Source: a virus
Taxonomy: Duplodnaviria > Caudoviricetes
IMG/VR virus record: IMGVR_UViG_3300042540_000801
Location: 1 to 50,441 of that record
Strand: one strand, 5' to 3'
Length of the DNA: 50,441 nt
Shown: one piece after another, positions 26,576 through 35,115 of the stretch
Layout of the letters: every line of letters begins with the position of its first letter
Numbering within the stretch: the first letter of the stretch is position 1
Position numbers and translations under genes: made by a program
The notes under the pieces: generated by a model
What the model was told of the DNA's origin: nothing
Database searches by the model: none
What the model saw: only the letters and a program-made list of their open reading frames with translations

Positions 26576-27655
26576 TCAGCCTCCATGCAGGATGGTGGTC
26601 TTGATGTGCGAGGCGATGGCCCGCATCAAGAGCGGCGGGACGCTGTTGCCGATCCGAGCCCACTGGTTGATGTGCGTGCCGCTGAGCGTGAAGGCGTCGG
26701 GGAAACTGCCGATCCGCTTGGCCTCCGCGATGGAGATGCTCTCGTCGAGGTCGGGGTGGAGGAGCATGCCGCGGCCGCTGGTGACCTTGGTGATGGTGCG
26801 GGATGGCTTGTTCCAGGCGAGGCGGTTGAGGTTGAAGTAGTGGTGCAGCGGATGGAACCGGCTGGCACTGCCGCCTGGCTTGGCCCGTGAGGCGTAGGGC
26901 ATTGCCTTGACGTTGGGGGTGATGCCGGGCGTGTGCTCCAGGCCGCGCCAGGCGTCCCGCACCGTGTAGGGCTGGCCGAGCGGCGCGGGGTGGCTGGGGG
27001 CGATGGGAAGGTCGGCGCGGGTGCCGATGAAGATCATCCGCTCGCGGGCCTGGGGCACGCCGTAGTACATGGCGTTCATGAGCCGGGCGCGGACGTGGTA
27101 GCCGGATTCTTTGAGTGTCCGAAGAATCTCGGCGAAGATGAGACGCATCTTGCCCTTGACCATGCCGCTGACGTTCTCCATGACGAACGCTTTGGGGCGC
27201 AGGCCCTCGAGGAGGCGGATGTATTCGCGGAAGAGTTGGTTGCGTGGATCGTCGAGCATCCGCTTGCCCGAGGTGCTGAAGCCCTGGCAGGGGGGCGAGC
27301 CGTCGAAGACGTCGAGCTCGCCGGGCTTGAGGCCGGACAAGGCGAGGGCTTTCTCGACCGTGAGCGCGGCGATGTCGCCGTGAAACAGCGGTACCTCGGG
27401 GAAGTTCTCGCGGAACTGGGCGGCGGCGTGGTTGTCCCACTCGACCGCGAGCAGTTCGCGGAAGCCGGCCATGCTGTAGCCCAGTGACGAGCCGCCGCAG
27501 CCGGCGAAGGTGCTGATGACCGTCGGCGCGTCGGCCGGCTTGGGCGCGAGGTGGTCGCGCCACGCCTGCTCGAGAGCGTCGGGGTACTCAGGCCGCGAAC
27601 TCGTGGCCGCAGTTGGGGCAGGTGCAGTAGTCAACGTCTTCCTCCACGCTTTCAT
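26576..27655 (-). CDS. DNA cytosine-5 methyltransferase (start uncertain)
   Basis: FAGCGG, GSPPCQGFS, ENV, Q.RER, IGNSVPP. Confidence 0.92.
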   Translation of the reverse strand: MKAWRKTLTTAPAPTAATSSRPEYPDALEQAWRDHLAPKPADAPTVISTFAGCGGSSLGYSMAGFRELLAVEWDNHAAAQFRENFPEVPLFHGDIAALTVEKALALSGLKPGELDVFDGSPPCQGFSTSGKRMLDDPRNQLFREYIRLLEGLRPKAFVMENVSGMVKGKMRLIFAEILRTLKESGYHVRARLMNAMYYGVPQARERMIFIGTRADLPIAPSHPAPLGQPYTVRDAWRGLEHTPGITPNVKAMPYASRAKPGGSASRFHPLHHYFNLNRLAWNKPSRTITKVTSGRGMLLHPDLDESISIAEAKRIGSFPDAFTLSGTHINQWARIGNSVPPLLMRAIASHIKTTILHGG

Positions 27656-28118
27656 CGTACTCGGTGCCACCGGCGTTCGGAGGCAGCACGAAGGTCTTGT
27701 CTGCGTCGATGACGCCGATCTTCTCGGCGAGTTGGGTGAGCATGTCGGCCACCGACTCGTTGCTCGTCTGCGTCTGATGCAGCAGGGCTTCGAAGGCGGT
27801 GGCGTTCGAGTGGGCCATGCCCGCGAGCGGATCGAGGATCGCGAGCAGCTTGTCGGACTCTTCCTCGTTGAGGTCGAGGATGAGGACCGGCACTTCTTCC
27901 TCGGGCGAAACCTCGGCGCGGAGGTGGCCGTCGATGAGCATGAGCGACCCGTCGGGAAGTTTGCGGGCCAGCAGGGCGTCCGCGTAGCCGACGTCCTCGA
28001 GGATCCCGGTGAGCGCCTTTCGCTGCGGCTCCGGGTGCGTGCGCCAGTTCTTGGGGTTGGGGATGAGCTCGCTGGCCGGGACGTAGACGAGCTGACGGAC
28101 GCGGTCGCGGATGTTCAT
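27588..28118 (-). CDS. ParB-like N-terminal domain protein with C-terminal CPxCGH
   Basis: PNPKNWRTH, LIDGHLR. Confidence 0.85.
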   Translation of the reverse strand: MNIRDRVRQLVYVPASELIPNPKNWRTHPEPQRKALTGILEDVGYADALLARKLPDGSLMLIDGHLRAEVSPEEEVPVLILDLNEEESDKLLAILDPLAGMAHSNATAFEALLHQTQTSNESVADMLTQLAEKIGVIDADKTFVLPPNAGGTEYDESVEEDVDYCTCPNCGHEFAA

Positions 28119-28633
28119 TCTTGCGGTTCCTTCTTCTGGCCGAGGGCGAGGGGGAACTTGTGGCCGCACTCGGGACACGTTTTCATCTTGGTCTGGCTGG
28201 GGTCGGCCGAGAGATCCTCGAGCGAGACCCGCGCGGCGGCGGCGGTCTGCTCGAGCATGAGCCGGATCGACTCGTTGCTGGTTTCAACCTGGGAAAAAAG
28301 TTCCTTGAGCTTGGCCTTGTCGACGCCGGCCATCTCGGCGAGCGGGTCATGGGTGGCGAGGAGCTTGTTGGCCTCCTCCTCGGTGACGTCGAGGATGAGG
28401 ACCGGCACCTCGAGGTCCGGCACGGTCTCGGCGCGGAGATGCCCGTCGATGAGCTCGAGCGACCCGTCCTCGAGGCGACGAGCGACCAGAGCGTCCGCGA
28501 AGCCGATCTCGGCCAGGACGCCGCGAAGGACGTCTTTCTGGGGCTCGGGATGGGTTCGCCAGTTGCGCGGGTTGGGGCGGAGCGAGGAGGCCGGGACGCG
28601 TTCGAGGGCGGTGATTCGACGTCGGTATTTCAT
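28115..28633 (-). CDS. ParB-like N-terminal domain protein, tandem paralogue
   Basis: PNPRNWRTH, LIDGHLR, CPECGH. Confidence 0.85.
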   Translation of the reverse strand: MKYRRRITALERVPASSLRPNPRNWRTHPEPQKDVLRGVLAEIGFADALVARRLEDGSLELIDGHLRAETVPDLEVPVLILDVTEEEANKLLATHDPLAEMAGVDKAKLKELFSQVETSNESIRLMLEQTAAAARVSLEDLSADPSQTKMKTCPECGHKFPLALGQKKEPQE

Positions 28634-28639
28634 GGGGAA

Positions 28640-29270
28640 AATCGAGGTTCCTGGGGGCGTCGAGGGGGGGCTATGGAAAACCCCCGGAGAGGTGTGGAGG
28701 GGGAACGTCCGTGGTCTATGGTTTTTGCCGGCCGGAAGATCGACCCCGCCCCCGCCCCCCGCGACCAGCCGACGCGACGCAGCCGACGCGCCGGGCGGGC
28801 CGGGACGCCGGGGGCGAGGATCGCGGCCGGGGATGGAGCAGGCCGCAGGGCAGGAGCGATCCCACGCTCGCCAGGGCGAGCCAGGATGGGGCGATTGCCT
28901 TGGGGTGGTGTGGTTGGCCTCATGGCATGGAGGGGGCTTGTGGAGCATCCAGGGGAGCCTTGGCCGGGGGCGAGCCAGGGGGAGCCAGGATCTCGCCAGG
29001 AGCCGGGCGAGGAGGCCGGGAGTCGAGAGCAGGGCGAGGCGACTGGCCGGCTCCAGGGGGCTTCCTTGGGGGTTCCTTGGGGCAGCGCTGGGCGTTCAAG
29101 CAGGGGCGGGAGGGCGAGGGGCTGGCTGGTGGCTCTGGCGAGGGTGAAGGCGTGGGCGATCGCGACCACGCCGAGGAGCCAGGCAAGGAGCCAGAGCATC
29201 GAGGAGTCGAGGAGCGACGCCCCCCAAAAAGCCGGCGCGGCCAGGGCGGGCCGGGTGGCCGGGTCAGGTG
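28640..29270. other. G-skewed, probably non-coding region; candidate packaging (cos/pac) region
   Basis: Between HNH and the ParB/terS genes; only low-complexity ORFs; clustered CCAGG. Confidence 0.4.
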
Positions 29271-29582
29271 TCAGGGGGGCGGGGTGGTGCATGCTGGGGT
29301 GCCGCCGGGCTTGGGCTTGTTGGAGCGTCGCCAGGTGTAGTAGCAGCCCCGCGAGCAGAAGAGGCCCGCGTCGCTGCCTTTGTTGGATCGCCAGCCGCGG
29401 GAGAAGTCGCGCCCGCAGCACTTGCACCTTCGTACCCGGCAGGTCAAGCAGAGCGCGGGCGGGCGGCCGCGGGCCGGGGGCGTGGTGACGGGCTTTGAGC
29501 ACTCAACGCACAACGCCGTCCGACCGGGCGCCCTTGCGGGAGTTGCATGACACGCAGAGGCATTGAAGGTTGGCCGGGTCAT
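29271..29582 (-). CDS. Cys-rich zinc-finger protein (start uncertain)
   Basis: CVEC, CLTC, CKCC, FCSRGC; overlaps HNH end. Confidence 0.5.
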   Translation of the reverse strand: MTRPTFNASACHATPARAPGRTALCVECSKPVTTPPARGRPPALCLTCRVRRCKCCGRDFSRGWRSNKGSDAGLFCSRGCYYTWRRSNKPKPGGTPACTTPPP

Positions 29583-29823
29583 CTGTTCCCCCCTTGGACT
29601 TTGGGACGATGTGATCGACGGTCGCCTCCTGCTTGCGGGAGCAGACGCGACCGCAGTGCTTGCACGTCCAGGCGTCGCGGAGAAGGATCTTCTGGCGAAC
29701 GGCGATCCACTGCTTCGAGCAGTAGCCACGCTGGGCTGCCGATGGGCGGGCCAGTTCGGAGGGCGACGGGTGCCTGCGGATGGCGGCTCTGGCCGGCTGA
29801 TGGGAGGGGATTCGCTGAGGCAC
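29503..29823 (-). CDS. HNH endonuclease (terminase-associated type)
   Basis: RGY...W...R..IL.RD...CxxC, VDHI.P...GG.DD..NLQ.LCxxCN. Confidence 0.9.
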   Translation of the reverse strand: MPQRIPSHQPARAAIRRHPSPSELARPSAAQRGYCSKQWIAVRQKILLRDAWTCKHCGRVCSRKQEATVDHIVPKSKGGTDDPANLQCLCVSCNSRKGARSDGVVR

Positions 29824-29833
29824 CTCCAAGCCC

Positions 29834-30154
29834 TCACCGTGCTGGCGGCTGCGGCCTGACAAACAGAGCCTCCAGCCCCGCCTTCACATCACTCCCCAGC
29901 AACTCCAGCACGCGGGCTTCAACCTGTGCCTGCGTGTAGTCGCCAGCCGCGTCGTAGGCGGCGCCTTCCCACAGGGCGATTGCCTGCGGGCAGGGGCGAA
30001 TCCGCGCCACGCAGGTCTTCGTCTTCGCGTTGTCGATGATCGTCACATCTAGTTCGGTCAGCGTGATTGGCTGAAACGTGCGAACCTCGCCGCTGGCGCG
30101 AGTGATCGCCGGAGGCTGAATGGTGACGGGCTGGGACAGATTCATGTCAGACAA
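29834..30154 (-). CDS. Hypothetical protein
   Basis: 106 aa, overlaps the end of the repeat-protein gene. Confidence 0.65.
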   Translation of the reverse strand: MSDMNLSQPVTIQPPAITRASGEVRTFQPITLTELDVTIIDNAKTKTCVARIRPCPQAIALWEGAAYDAAGDYTQAQVEARVLELLGSDVKAGLEALFVRPQPPAR

Positions 30155-31319
30155 CTCCCAGAATAGAGGAACCGTTGATGCCTAACTGCGCTCGGTAAAA
30201 GGTGAACGTGCCATTTGTGATGCTATTTGTGAGTCCGGCGGTAGCCATCACAGGATCGCCATAGATTGTGAGACCGTTGCTGAACGAGCCGCCAGAAGGA
30301 ATGTACGACCGGTCGTAGAACGCGGCGCTGCCCGAGACGGTGCCGCCAGTGAAGTACGAGTTGTCGTGGAACGTCGCTTCGCCGTTGAAGGTGCCGTAGC
30401 CTTGAGAGTAGTCGTAGAACGTCGCGTTGCCATTGACGGTGGCGCTGTTTTGCGAGTAGTCATTGAATGTCGCGCTGTTAGTGACGGTGCCGCTGTACTC
30501 GTTGGTCGAATACTCATTGAATGTCGCGCTGCCGAGAGTGCCGTTGTTTGTCGCAGTGCCGTAGAATGTGGCGTGGCCGTTGACGGTGCCGGCCGAAAAG
30601 TTGTCAGCATCTATGTAAAACGTGGCGTCGCCGCTGACGGTGCCGTGGTTGCCGGTCGAACCGGTGTTGAACGTCGCGTTGTTATCGACGGTGCCGTAGT
30701 TTTTTGCATCACCGTAGAACGCGGCGATGCCCAAGACGGTGCCGTTGTTGGGGCCGTAGAACGTCGCGCTTCCGCTAACCGTGCCGTTGTTGGCTGAATT
30801 GCTGCCGTTGAACGTCGCGTTGCCAGTGACGGTGCCGGAGACGCTGTTGACCGAACCTTCGTTGAACGTCGCGTTGCCACTGACGGTGCCGTCGTTTTGC
30901 GAGACGACGTTGAACGTCGCGTTGCCACTGACGGTGCCGTCGTTTTGCCAGTTGCCGTTGAACTCCGCGTCTCCGGTGACGGTGCCGTAGTTGATCCCGT
31001 TGCCGTCAACAAAATTGGCCCGCCCGGTATATGTCAGCGTCCTTCCTGCGGCGAGATATCCCCTAACGAACTCCACAGCGCCGGTGCCGGTGACCGTGAT
31101 GTCCAGGTCGATATTCGTTTGATTCACGGTCAGATTGGCTACTGTTGGCTGCGCCCCGCTGTTGGTGCATTCAAGGCCGTAAATGCGAACGCTGTCGCTG
31201 CTCGTCGGCAGCGCTGCGGCAGCGTTTCGCGGATCGGCTTCGGGCGGGTCTGTCCACCAGTTGCCCAGAGTTTGCCAATCGGAGTCGCCGCCGCTGTTGT
31301 CAAAATAGAGAGTTGCCAT
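30147..31319 (-). CDS. Beta-helix-like repeat protein (putative spike/fibre)
   Basis: About 14 repeats of N.GTV.G.ATF(N/Y); lower GC. Confidence 0.75.
   Translation of the reverse strand: MATLYFDNSGGDSDWQTLGNWWTDPPEADPRNAAAALPTSSDSVRIYGLECTNSGAQPTVANLTVNQTNIDLDITVTGTGAVEFVRGYLAAGRTLTYTGRANFVDGNGINYGTVTGDAEFNGNWQNDGTVSGNATFNVVSQNDGTVSGNATFNEGSVNSVSGTVTGNATFNGSNSANNGTVSGSATFYGPNNGTVLGIAAFYGDAKNYGTVDNNATFNTGSTGNHGTVSGDATFYIDADNFSAGTVNGHATFYGTATNNGTLGSATFNEYSTNEYSGTVTNSATFNDYSQNSATVNGNATFYDYSQGYGTFNGEATFHDNSYFTGGTVSGSAAFYDRSYIPSGGSFSNGLTIYGDPVMATAGLTNSITNGTFTFYRAQLGINGSSILGVV
30860..30948. repeat. 41-bp exact duplication with 48-nt period in the repeat gene
   Basis: 30860..30900 equals 30908..30948. 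Confidence 0.85.
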
Positions 31320-31320
31320 G

Positions 31321-32067
31321 TTAGTACCCCATCACAAAGGCGATGATGTCCCACTTGTCCCGTCCCGCGTGATACGTCGCAGCCAGAACGTCCATCTTGT
31401 TTGCCGTCGTCGAGAACGGCAGCGGCGATGTGGCCGACGAGGGGATGACGAACTTGTTGCCCAGCGTCACCGTCCGACTGCCGGTGGCATCCTGCGTGAT
31501 CCGCCAGCGGATCGTCTTGCCATCGACGGGGTTCGTCGGATTGGCGAGCGTGACGTTGCCGGTGAGCGTGAGGTCGAAGATTTCGCCAGCCGATGCGTCG
31601 GTGGTGACGGTGGCGGCGTAGGTGAGAGCAACGATCTTCGGCAGCACACCCGCATGGAACTGGATCGGGGAGTCAACGTGAATCGTCTGCGTTAGGTTGT
31701 TGTAGACGTTCTTCAGCCGCCCGCCCTGCCAGTTGAGCTCGTAGCCGACCGCGCAGATGAGCGACAAACCGTTCGCTCCCCCTGTCGCGTTGTCGAACGA
31801 GCCGACAACGACCTGCGTGTAGTTCGGCAGCGTGATGCTGTTGAACGTCACGCTGTCGGTCGTGTTGAGGCTTTGGTCGTACGAAGAGCCGCCGCCCGAG
31901 ACAGGTACCGGGGTGCCGCTGGCATCGGCGATATAGAGCGTGGCGTCCGCGATGTTGACCGCGATCTCTCCGGGCTGCAGCTCGCCTTGCACCGGTGGCT
32001 CGCCCGAGGCGAAGGTCGAGGACGGGCGAACGCGGTCCTTGGTCGTGCGGCCAGAACGGTATGCCAT
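31321..32067 (-). CDS. Putative fibre/structural protein
   Basis: LQPGEIAVNIAD..LY N-terminus, TTDSVTF motif, QDATGSRT C-terminal domain typical of phage fibres. Confidence 0.65.
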   Translation of the reverse strand: MAYRSGRTTKDRVRPSSTFASGEPPVQGELQPGEIAVNIADATLYIADASGTPVPVSGGGSSYDQSLNTTDSVTFNSITLPNYTQVVVGSFDNATGGANGLSLICAVGYELNWQGGRLKNVYNNLTQTIHVDSPIQFHAGVLPKIVALTYAATVTTDASAGEIFDLTLTGNVTLANPTNPVDGKTIRWRITQDATGSRTVTLGNKFVIPSSATSPLPFSTTANKMDVLAATYHAGRDKWDIIAFVMGY

Positions 32068-32109
32068 GCGTGTCTCCTGCTGTTGATTGTGCGAGCGAGG
32101 TGAAGAGGG

Positions 32110-32421
32110 TCAACGAACGCGATGGGGCGGTGATTCCGGAGGACAGTTGCCGGTCGGGCAGGCCGGCTTGCCAGCCGCGCCGCAGGGGCACTTCGTGCGG
32201 TGGCCGTCAGGCTGGACGATCCACCCGGAGCCGTTGCACTGGCGGCACTTCTCGTCGGGCTTAGGGGGAGCCGGCGGGCCAGGCTGCGGCGCGGCGTCGA
32301 CGGCCAGGCTCGAGCGGGCGAGGGTGAGCGAGGCGGATGCGGTGGCCGCAGCCTGATCGACGTCCCGCGGGTCGCTCGAGAGCCAGGTCAGGAACCAAAG
32401 CAGCCAGTTCCAGAGCTTCAT
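32110..32421 (-). CDS. Small protein with CxxCxGxG motif
   Basis: Trp-rich N-terminus; CRQCNGSG...CPC. Confidence 0.6.
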   Translation of the reverse strand: MKLWNWLLWFLTWLSSDPRDVDQAAATASASLTLARSSLAVDAAPQPGPPAPPKPDEKCRQCNGSGWIVQPDGHRTKCPCGAAGKPACPTGNCPPESPPHRVR

Positions 32422-32422
32422 C

Positions 32423-32683
32423 TCACCACCCCATTCCGTGGTTGACCATGATGTTGCCGGAGTCGTCGACGTGGTGCGAGTGGACGGCCAGGCGGTCGGC
32501 GGATGCCGGTGGCGGCTCGGCGACCAGCGCGACCCAGAGGAAGGTCTTGGCGGCCTTGGCGATCCACCGCAGCACGGGGCGGTCCGGCGGGGAGAGCGGC
32601 GTGCGGTGCGAGTCCCCGGCCAGCCAGTAGCCGAGGGCGATGCAGATGGCGGCGGCGAGGACTGTGCTGCGTTCAATCTTCAT
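32423..32683 (-). CDS. Small membrane protein
   Basis: N-terminal hydrophobic helix. Confidence 0.6.
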   Translation of the reverse strand: MKIERSTVLAAAICIALGYWLAGDSHRTPLSPPDRPVLRWIAKAAKTFLWVALVAEPPPASADRLAVHSHHVDDSGNIMVNHGMGW

Positions 32684-33758
32684 GGGATGCCCTGACGCTG
32701 GACGCTGGAGGAACCGGGGAAAGCCAGTTGCCGTTGTGGAGGTCGCGCCAGCCGAAGCCGGCGACCGAGCCGACCGCGAACGAATCACGCTGGGCGAGCA
32801 TCCGCTCGACCACCGGCCGCGTGACCCAGAAGCTGCCCGAGGGCTGATCGGCTGGGAACTTGCCGACGTACTTGATCCATGAATCCCCCCAGCTATTGAG
32901 GCACAGCAGGCCGTCGCTGGGCGAGCCGTTCTTCTGGTAGCGGACCGCGACGAAGCACATCTCATGCGCCCATTGGCCCGAGGCGGCCGCGAAGCCGTGC
33001 TGATCGGTGACGCTGGCGAAGCCTTGCATGCTCGCCACGGTGACGGGAAAACCGGCTTCGATGGCGGCGGAGGCTTCAGCCCAGGTCGTGACGAGCGCGA
33101 CGTGCTGAGCCGGGTGTTTGCTGGCGATGGCGTCGAGGCGGCCGCCGTCGCCCTGACCACCGCAGCCGTAGGCGCCCCAGTTCTTGGCCCGCTGTGCGGA
33201 GTAGTGCCGGAGGTCGTGACCGCCGACTTGCTCGCGGTAGACCACGCCCCACTCGCGGACGAACTTGGCGGCGGCCGCGCCGAACGAACCATCGGACCAG
33301 CCGCCGACCGGAGAAGTCCCATCCCCGCCGCGGCCGCGGGCTTCGACACGCGAGCCACCGTAGATGGCTTCGGTGCTGGGGATGAGCGGCGGCTCGGCCA
33401 GGCGGCCCGTCTCCCAGTCGATGGCCTGGGCGATCCAGATTCCGTGCATCCATCCCCATGCCACGCAGTCGCCGATCCCCTGCCGGCCGCAGACCCACGG
33501 CGCGTTGTAGCGTCGCTGGTGCGCCTTGGCGGCGGCCCGGTAGAGGAAGGTGTCGATGCCCTTGGCCTCGCGGATCGTTTCGGCCCCGGCCTGGGCGAAG
33601 GTCGGCTTGGGGAGATCGCTGAGGAACCGCTCGACGGCGGTGGCGTCGGGCGTGTAGCCGAAGTTGGCCTCGGGGCGTGACGCCCTGCGGCCGAACGCCA
33701 GGGCGACGGCCAGCGTCAGGAGCAGCGCGGCGGCGAGGAGTTGCCAGCGGGACTTCAT
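32673..33758 (-). CDS. Papain-like (C1) cysteine peptidase with signal/anchor sequence
   Basis: Q..GDCVAWG, WAHEMC, LNSWG catalytic motifs; hydrophobic N-terminus. Confidence 0.85.
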   Translation of the reverse strand: MKSRWQLLAAALLLTLAVALAFGRRASRPEANFGYTPDATAVERFLSDLPKPTFAQAGAETIREAKGIDTFLYRAAAKAHQRRYNAPWVCGRQGIGDCVAWGWMHGIWIAQAIDWETGRLAEPPLIPSTEAIYGGSRVEARGRGGDGTSPVGGWSDGSFGAAAAKFVREWGVVYREQVGGHDLRHYSAQRAKNWGAYGCGGQGDGGRLDAIASKHPAQHVALVTTWAEASAAIEAGFPVTVASMQGFASVTDQHGFAAASGQWAHEMCFVAVRYQKNGSPSDGLLCLNSWGDSWIKYVGKFPADQPSGSFWVTRPVVERMLAQRDSFAVGSVAGFGWRDLHNGNWLSPVPPASSVRASHED

Positions 33759-34300
33759 CGGGCCGCAGCCTCCGCGGCCTTGGCGACGTCACGGTAGGCG
33801 GCGACCCAGCGGCCACGGGTCTCCGGGGTAAGAGGCCCGCCCGAGGTGCCGGCGGCGGCGTTGAGGAATTGCTCGATCGCCTGCCTCGCGCGGGGGTGCT
33901 TGTCTCCGAGGCTCTGTCCCGAGCAGGCCAGCATCCGGGTGCGGATGCGGAGCTCGTCGAAGGCCACGCCGGTCTTGATGAACGGCTCGGCCTGCTGCCC
34001 GTCCCACGCGAGCTCGCGGGCCAGTTCCCGGCAGATGGCCGCGGTGAGCAGGGCGTCGGCCGAGGCTTCGGCCCCGACGAAGGTGCCGCGGAGGTCGAGG
34101 GCTTCCGGGGCAGGAGGAGGAGCGGGAGGAGCCGGCTCTGCGGACTGGCCACGGTAGGACAGCAGCGCGGCCACGATGATGAAGGCCGCGATGTAGTGAT
34201 GCCGCTCGAGCCGGGAGGGGTCGAGGCCGGCGGCGTGTTCCTTGATCCATGGCCACGCGAGGGCCGTGGCGGCGGCGACGATGAGGACGATGGTGGTCAT
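33755..34300 (-). CDS. Membrane protein (two TM segments)
   Basis: Two hydrophobic helices, Pro linker, soluble domain. Confidence 0.65.
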   Translation of the reverse strand: MTTIVLIVAAATALAWPWIKEHAAGLDPSRLERHHYIAAFIIVAALLSYRGQSAEPAPPAPPPAPEALDLRGTFVGAEASADALLTAAICRELARELAWDGQQAEPFIKTGVAFDELRIRTRMLACSGQSLGDKHPRARQAIEQFLNAAAGTSGGPLTPETRGRWVAAYRDVAKAAEAAAR

Positions 34301-34677
34301 GCGGGCGAGGCCTGTCGGGTGAGTGGCAAGAGCGATTCGATGGCCCCGCTGGCGATGGCCAGGACAAGGGTGCGGACGGATGGCCGAATGAGGATCCAGA
34401 GCGGCCATGCGTAAGGCGGGATCGCCTTGTCGGCGACCGCGTCGAAGAGCGCCGCCGCGGCTTCGAGGACGATGGCCTTCCGCTCGGCGCCCGGGATGTC
34501 GAGCATGTCGGCGAGCCTGACGGCGAGCCGCAGCAATGAGATGAGGAGCTCGCCGAACTCCTGCCAGGTGATGCCGCCGGCCGCTGCCGACTTGGCGGTC
34601 TCGATGTAGGCGCGGATGGCCCCGGCGATCTCGGTGAAGTGACTGGCAACGGTGGTCGGGGCGAGCGTGTCCATCAT
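34297..34677 (-). CDS. Hypothetical protein, possibly holin-like
   Basis: Amphipathic/hydrophobic helices; first gene of the peptidase cluster. Confidence 0.55.
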   Translation of the reverse strand: MMDTLAPTTVASHFTEIAGAIRAYIETAKSAAAGGITWQEFGELLISLLRLAVRLADMLDIPGAERKAIVLEAAAALFDAVADKAIPPYAWPLWILIRPSVRTLVLAIASGAIESLLPLTRQASPA

Positions 34678-34734
34678 GGGGCTCCGGGGGGTGCAATTCA
34701 CGCTATCAGCGGACGGGGGGTGCCTTTGAGTGGT

Positions 34735-35115
34735 TCAGCCGCGGCTTTCGGCCCGGGCGATGAAGTCGTCGAGCGAACTTGGCTCCGGGGTGTCCGGCGG
34801 CGAGGAGAGAGTGACGGGCCGCATCTGGAAAAGCCGCGGCTTCACGACCCGCCGGTCGAGCTCGGTGGCCGCGTCCCAGGTGGCACGGATGGCCGCGGCC
34901 CGCTCGGCGATCTCGGCAGGGGTCGGATCTTTCTGCCGGAGCGGCTTCTTGATGTGCTTCCGGTCGCGACGCAGCGGGAGCGCCCACAGGTCGCGGAGCC
35001 GCACGACCTGATCTTTCGTGATGGTCCAACGGATGCAGAGGTCGGCGACTGGGATGTGGGCACACCAGTCAGCCCGAAACTCCTGCATCGAGATGGTTGC
35101 CGTGTTGCCTGCCAT
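34735..35115 (-). CDS. HTH-like protein with DPTPAEIAERAAAIRATW motif
   Basis: Motif shared with 36064..36345. Confidence 0.7.
   Translation of the reverse strand: MAGNTATISMQEFRADWCAHIPVADLCIRWTITKDQVVRLRDLWALPLRRDRKHIKKPLRQKDPTPAEIAERAAAIRATWDAATELDRRVVKPRLFQMRPVTLSSPPDTPEPSSLDDFIARAESRG
34875..34926. repeat. 52-bp direct repeat, copy 1 (copy 2 at 36096..36147)
   Basis: 50/52 identical by direct comparison. Confidence 0.9.

Noticed and set aside
28630-29502. 290-aa ORF with hydrophobic stretch
   Set aside because: Low-complexity product of the CCTGG/CTCC-rich repeats, overlapping the zinc-finger ORF; cannot be fully excluded.
30360-31000. CRISPR array or DGR template/variable repeat
   Set aside because: In-frame coding repeats without unique spacers; no cas or reverse transcriptase gene seen.
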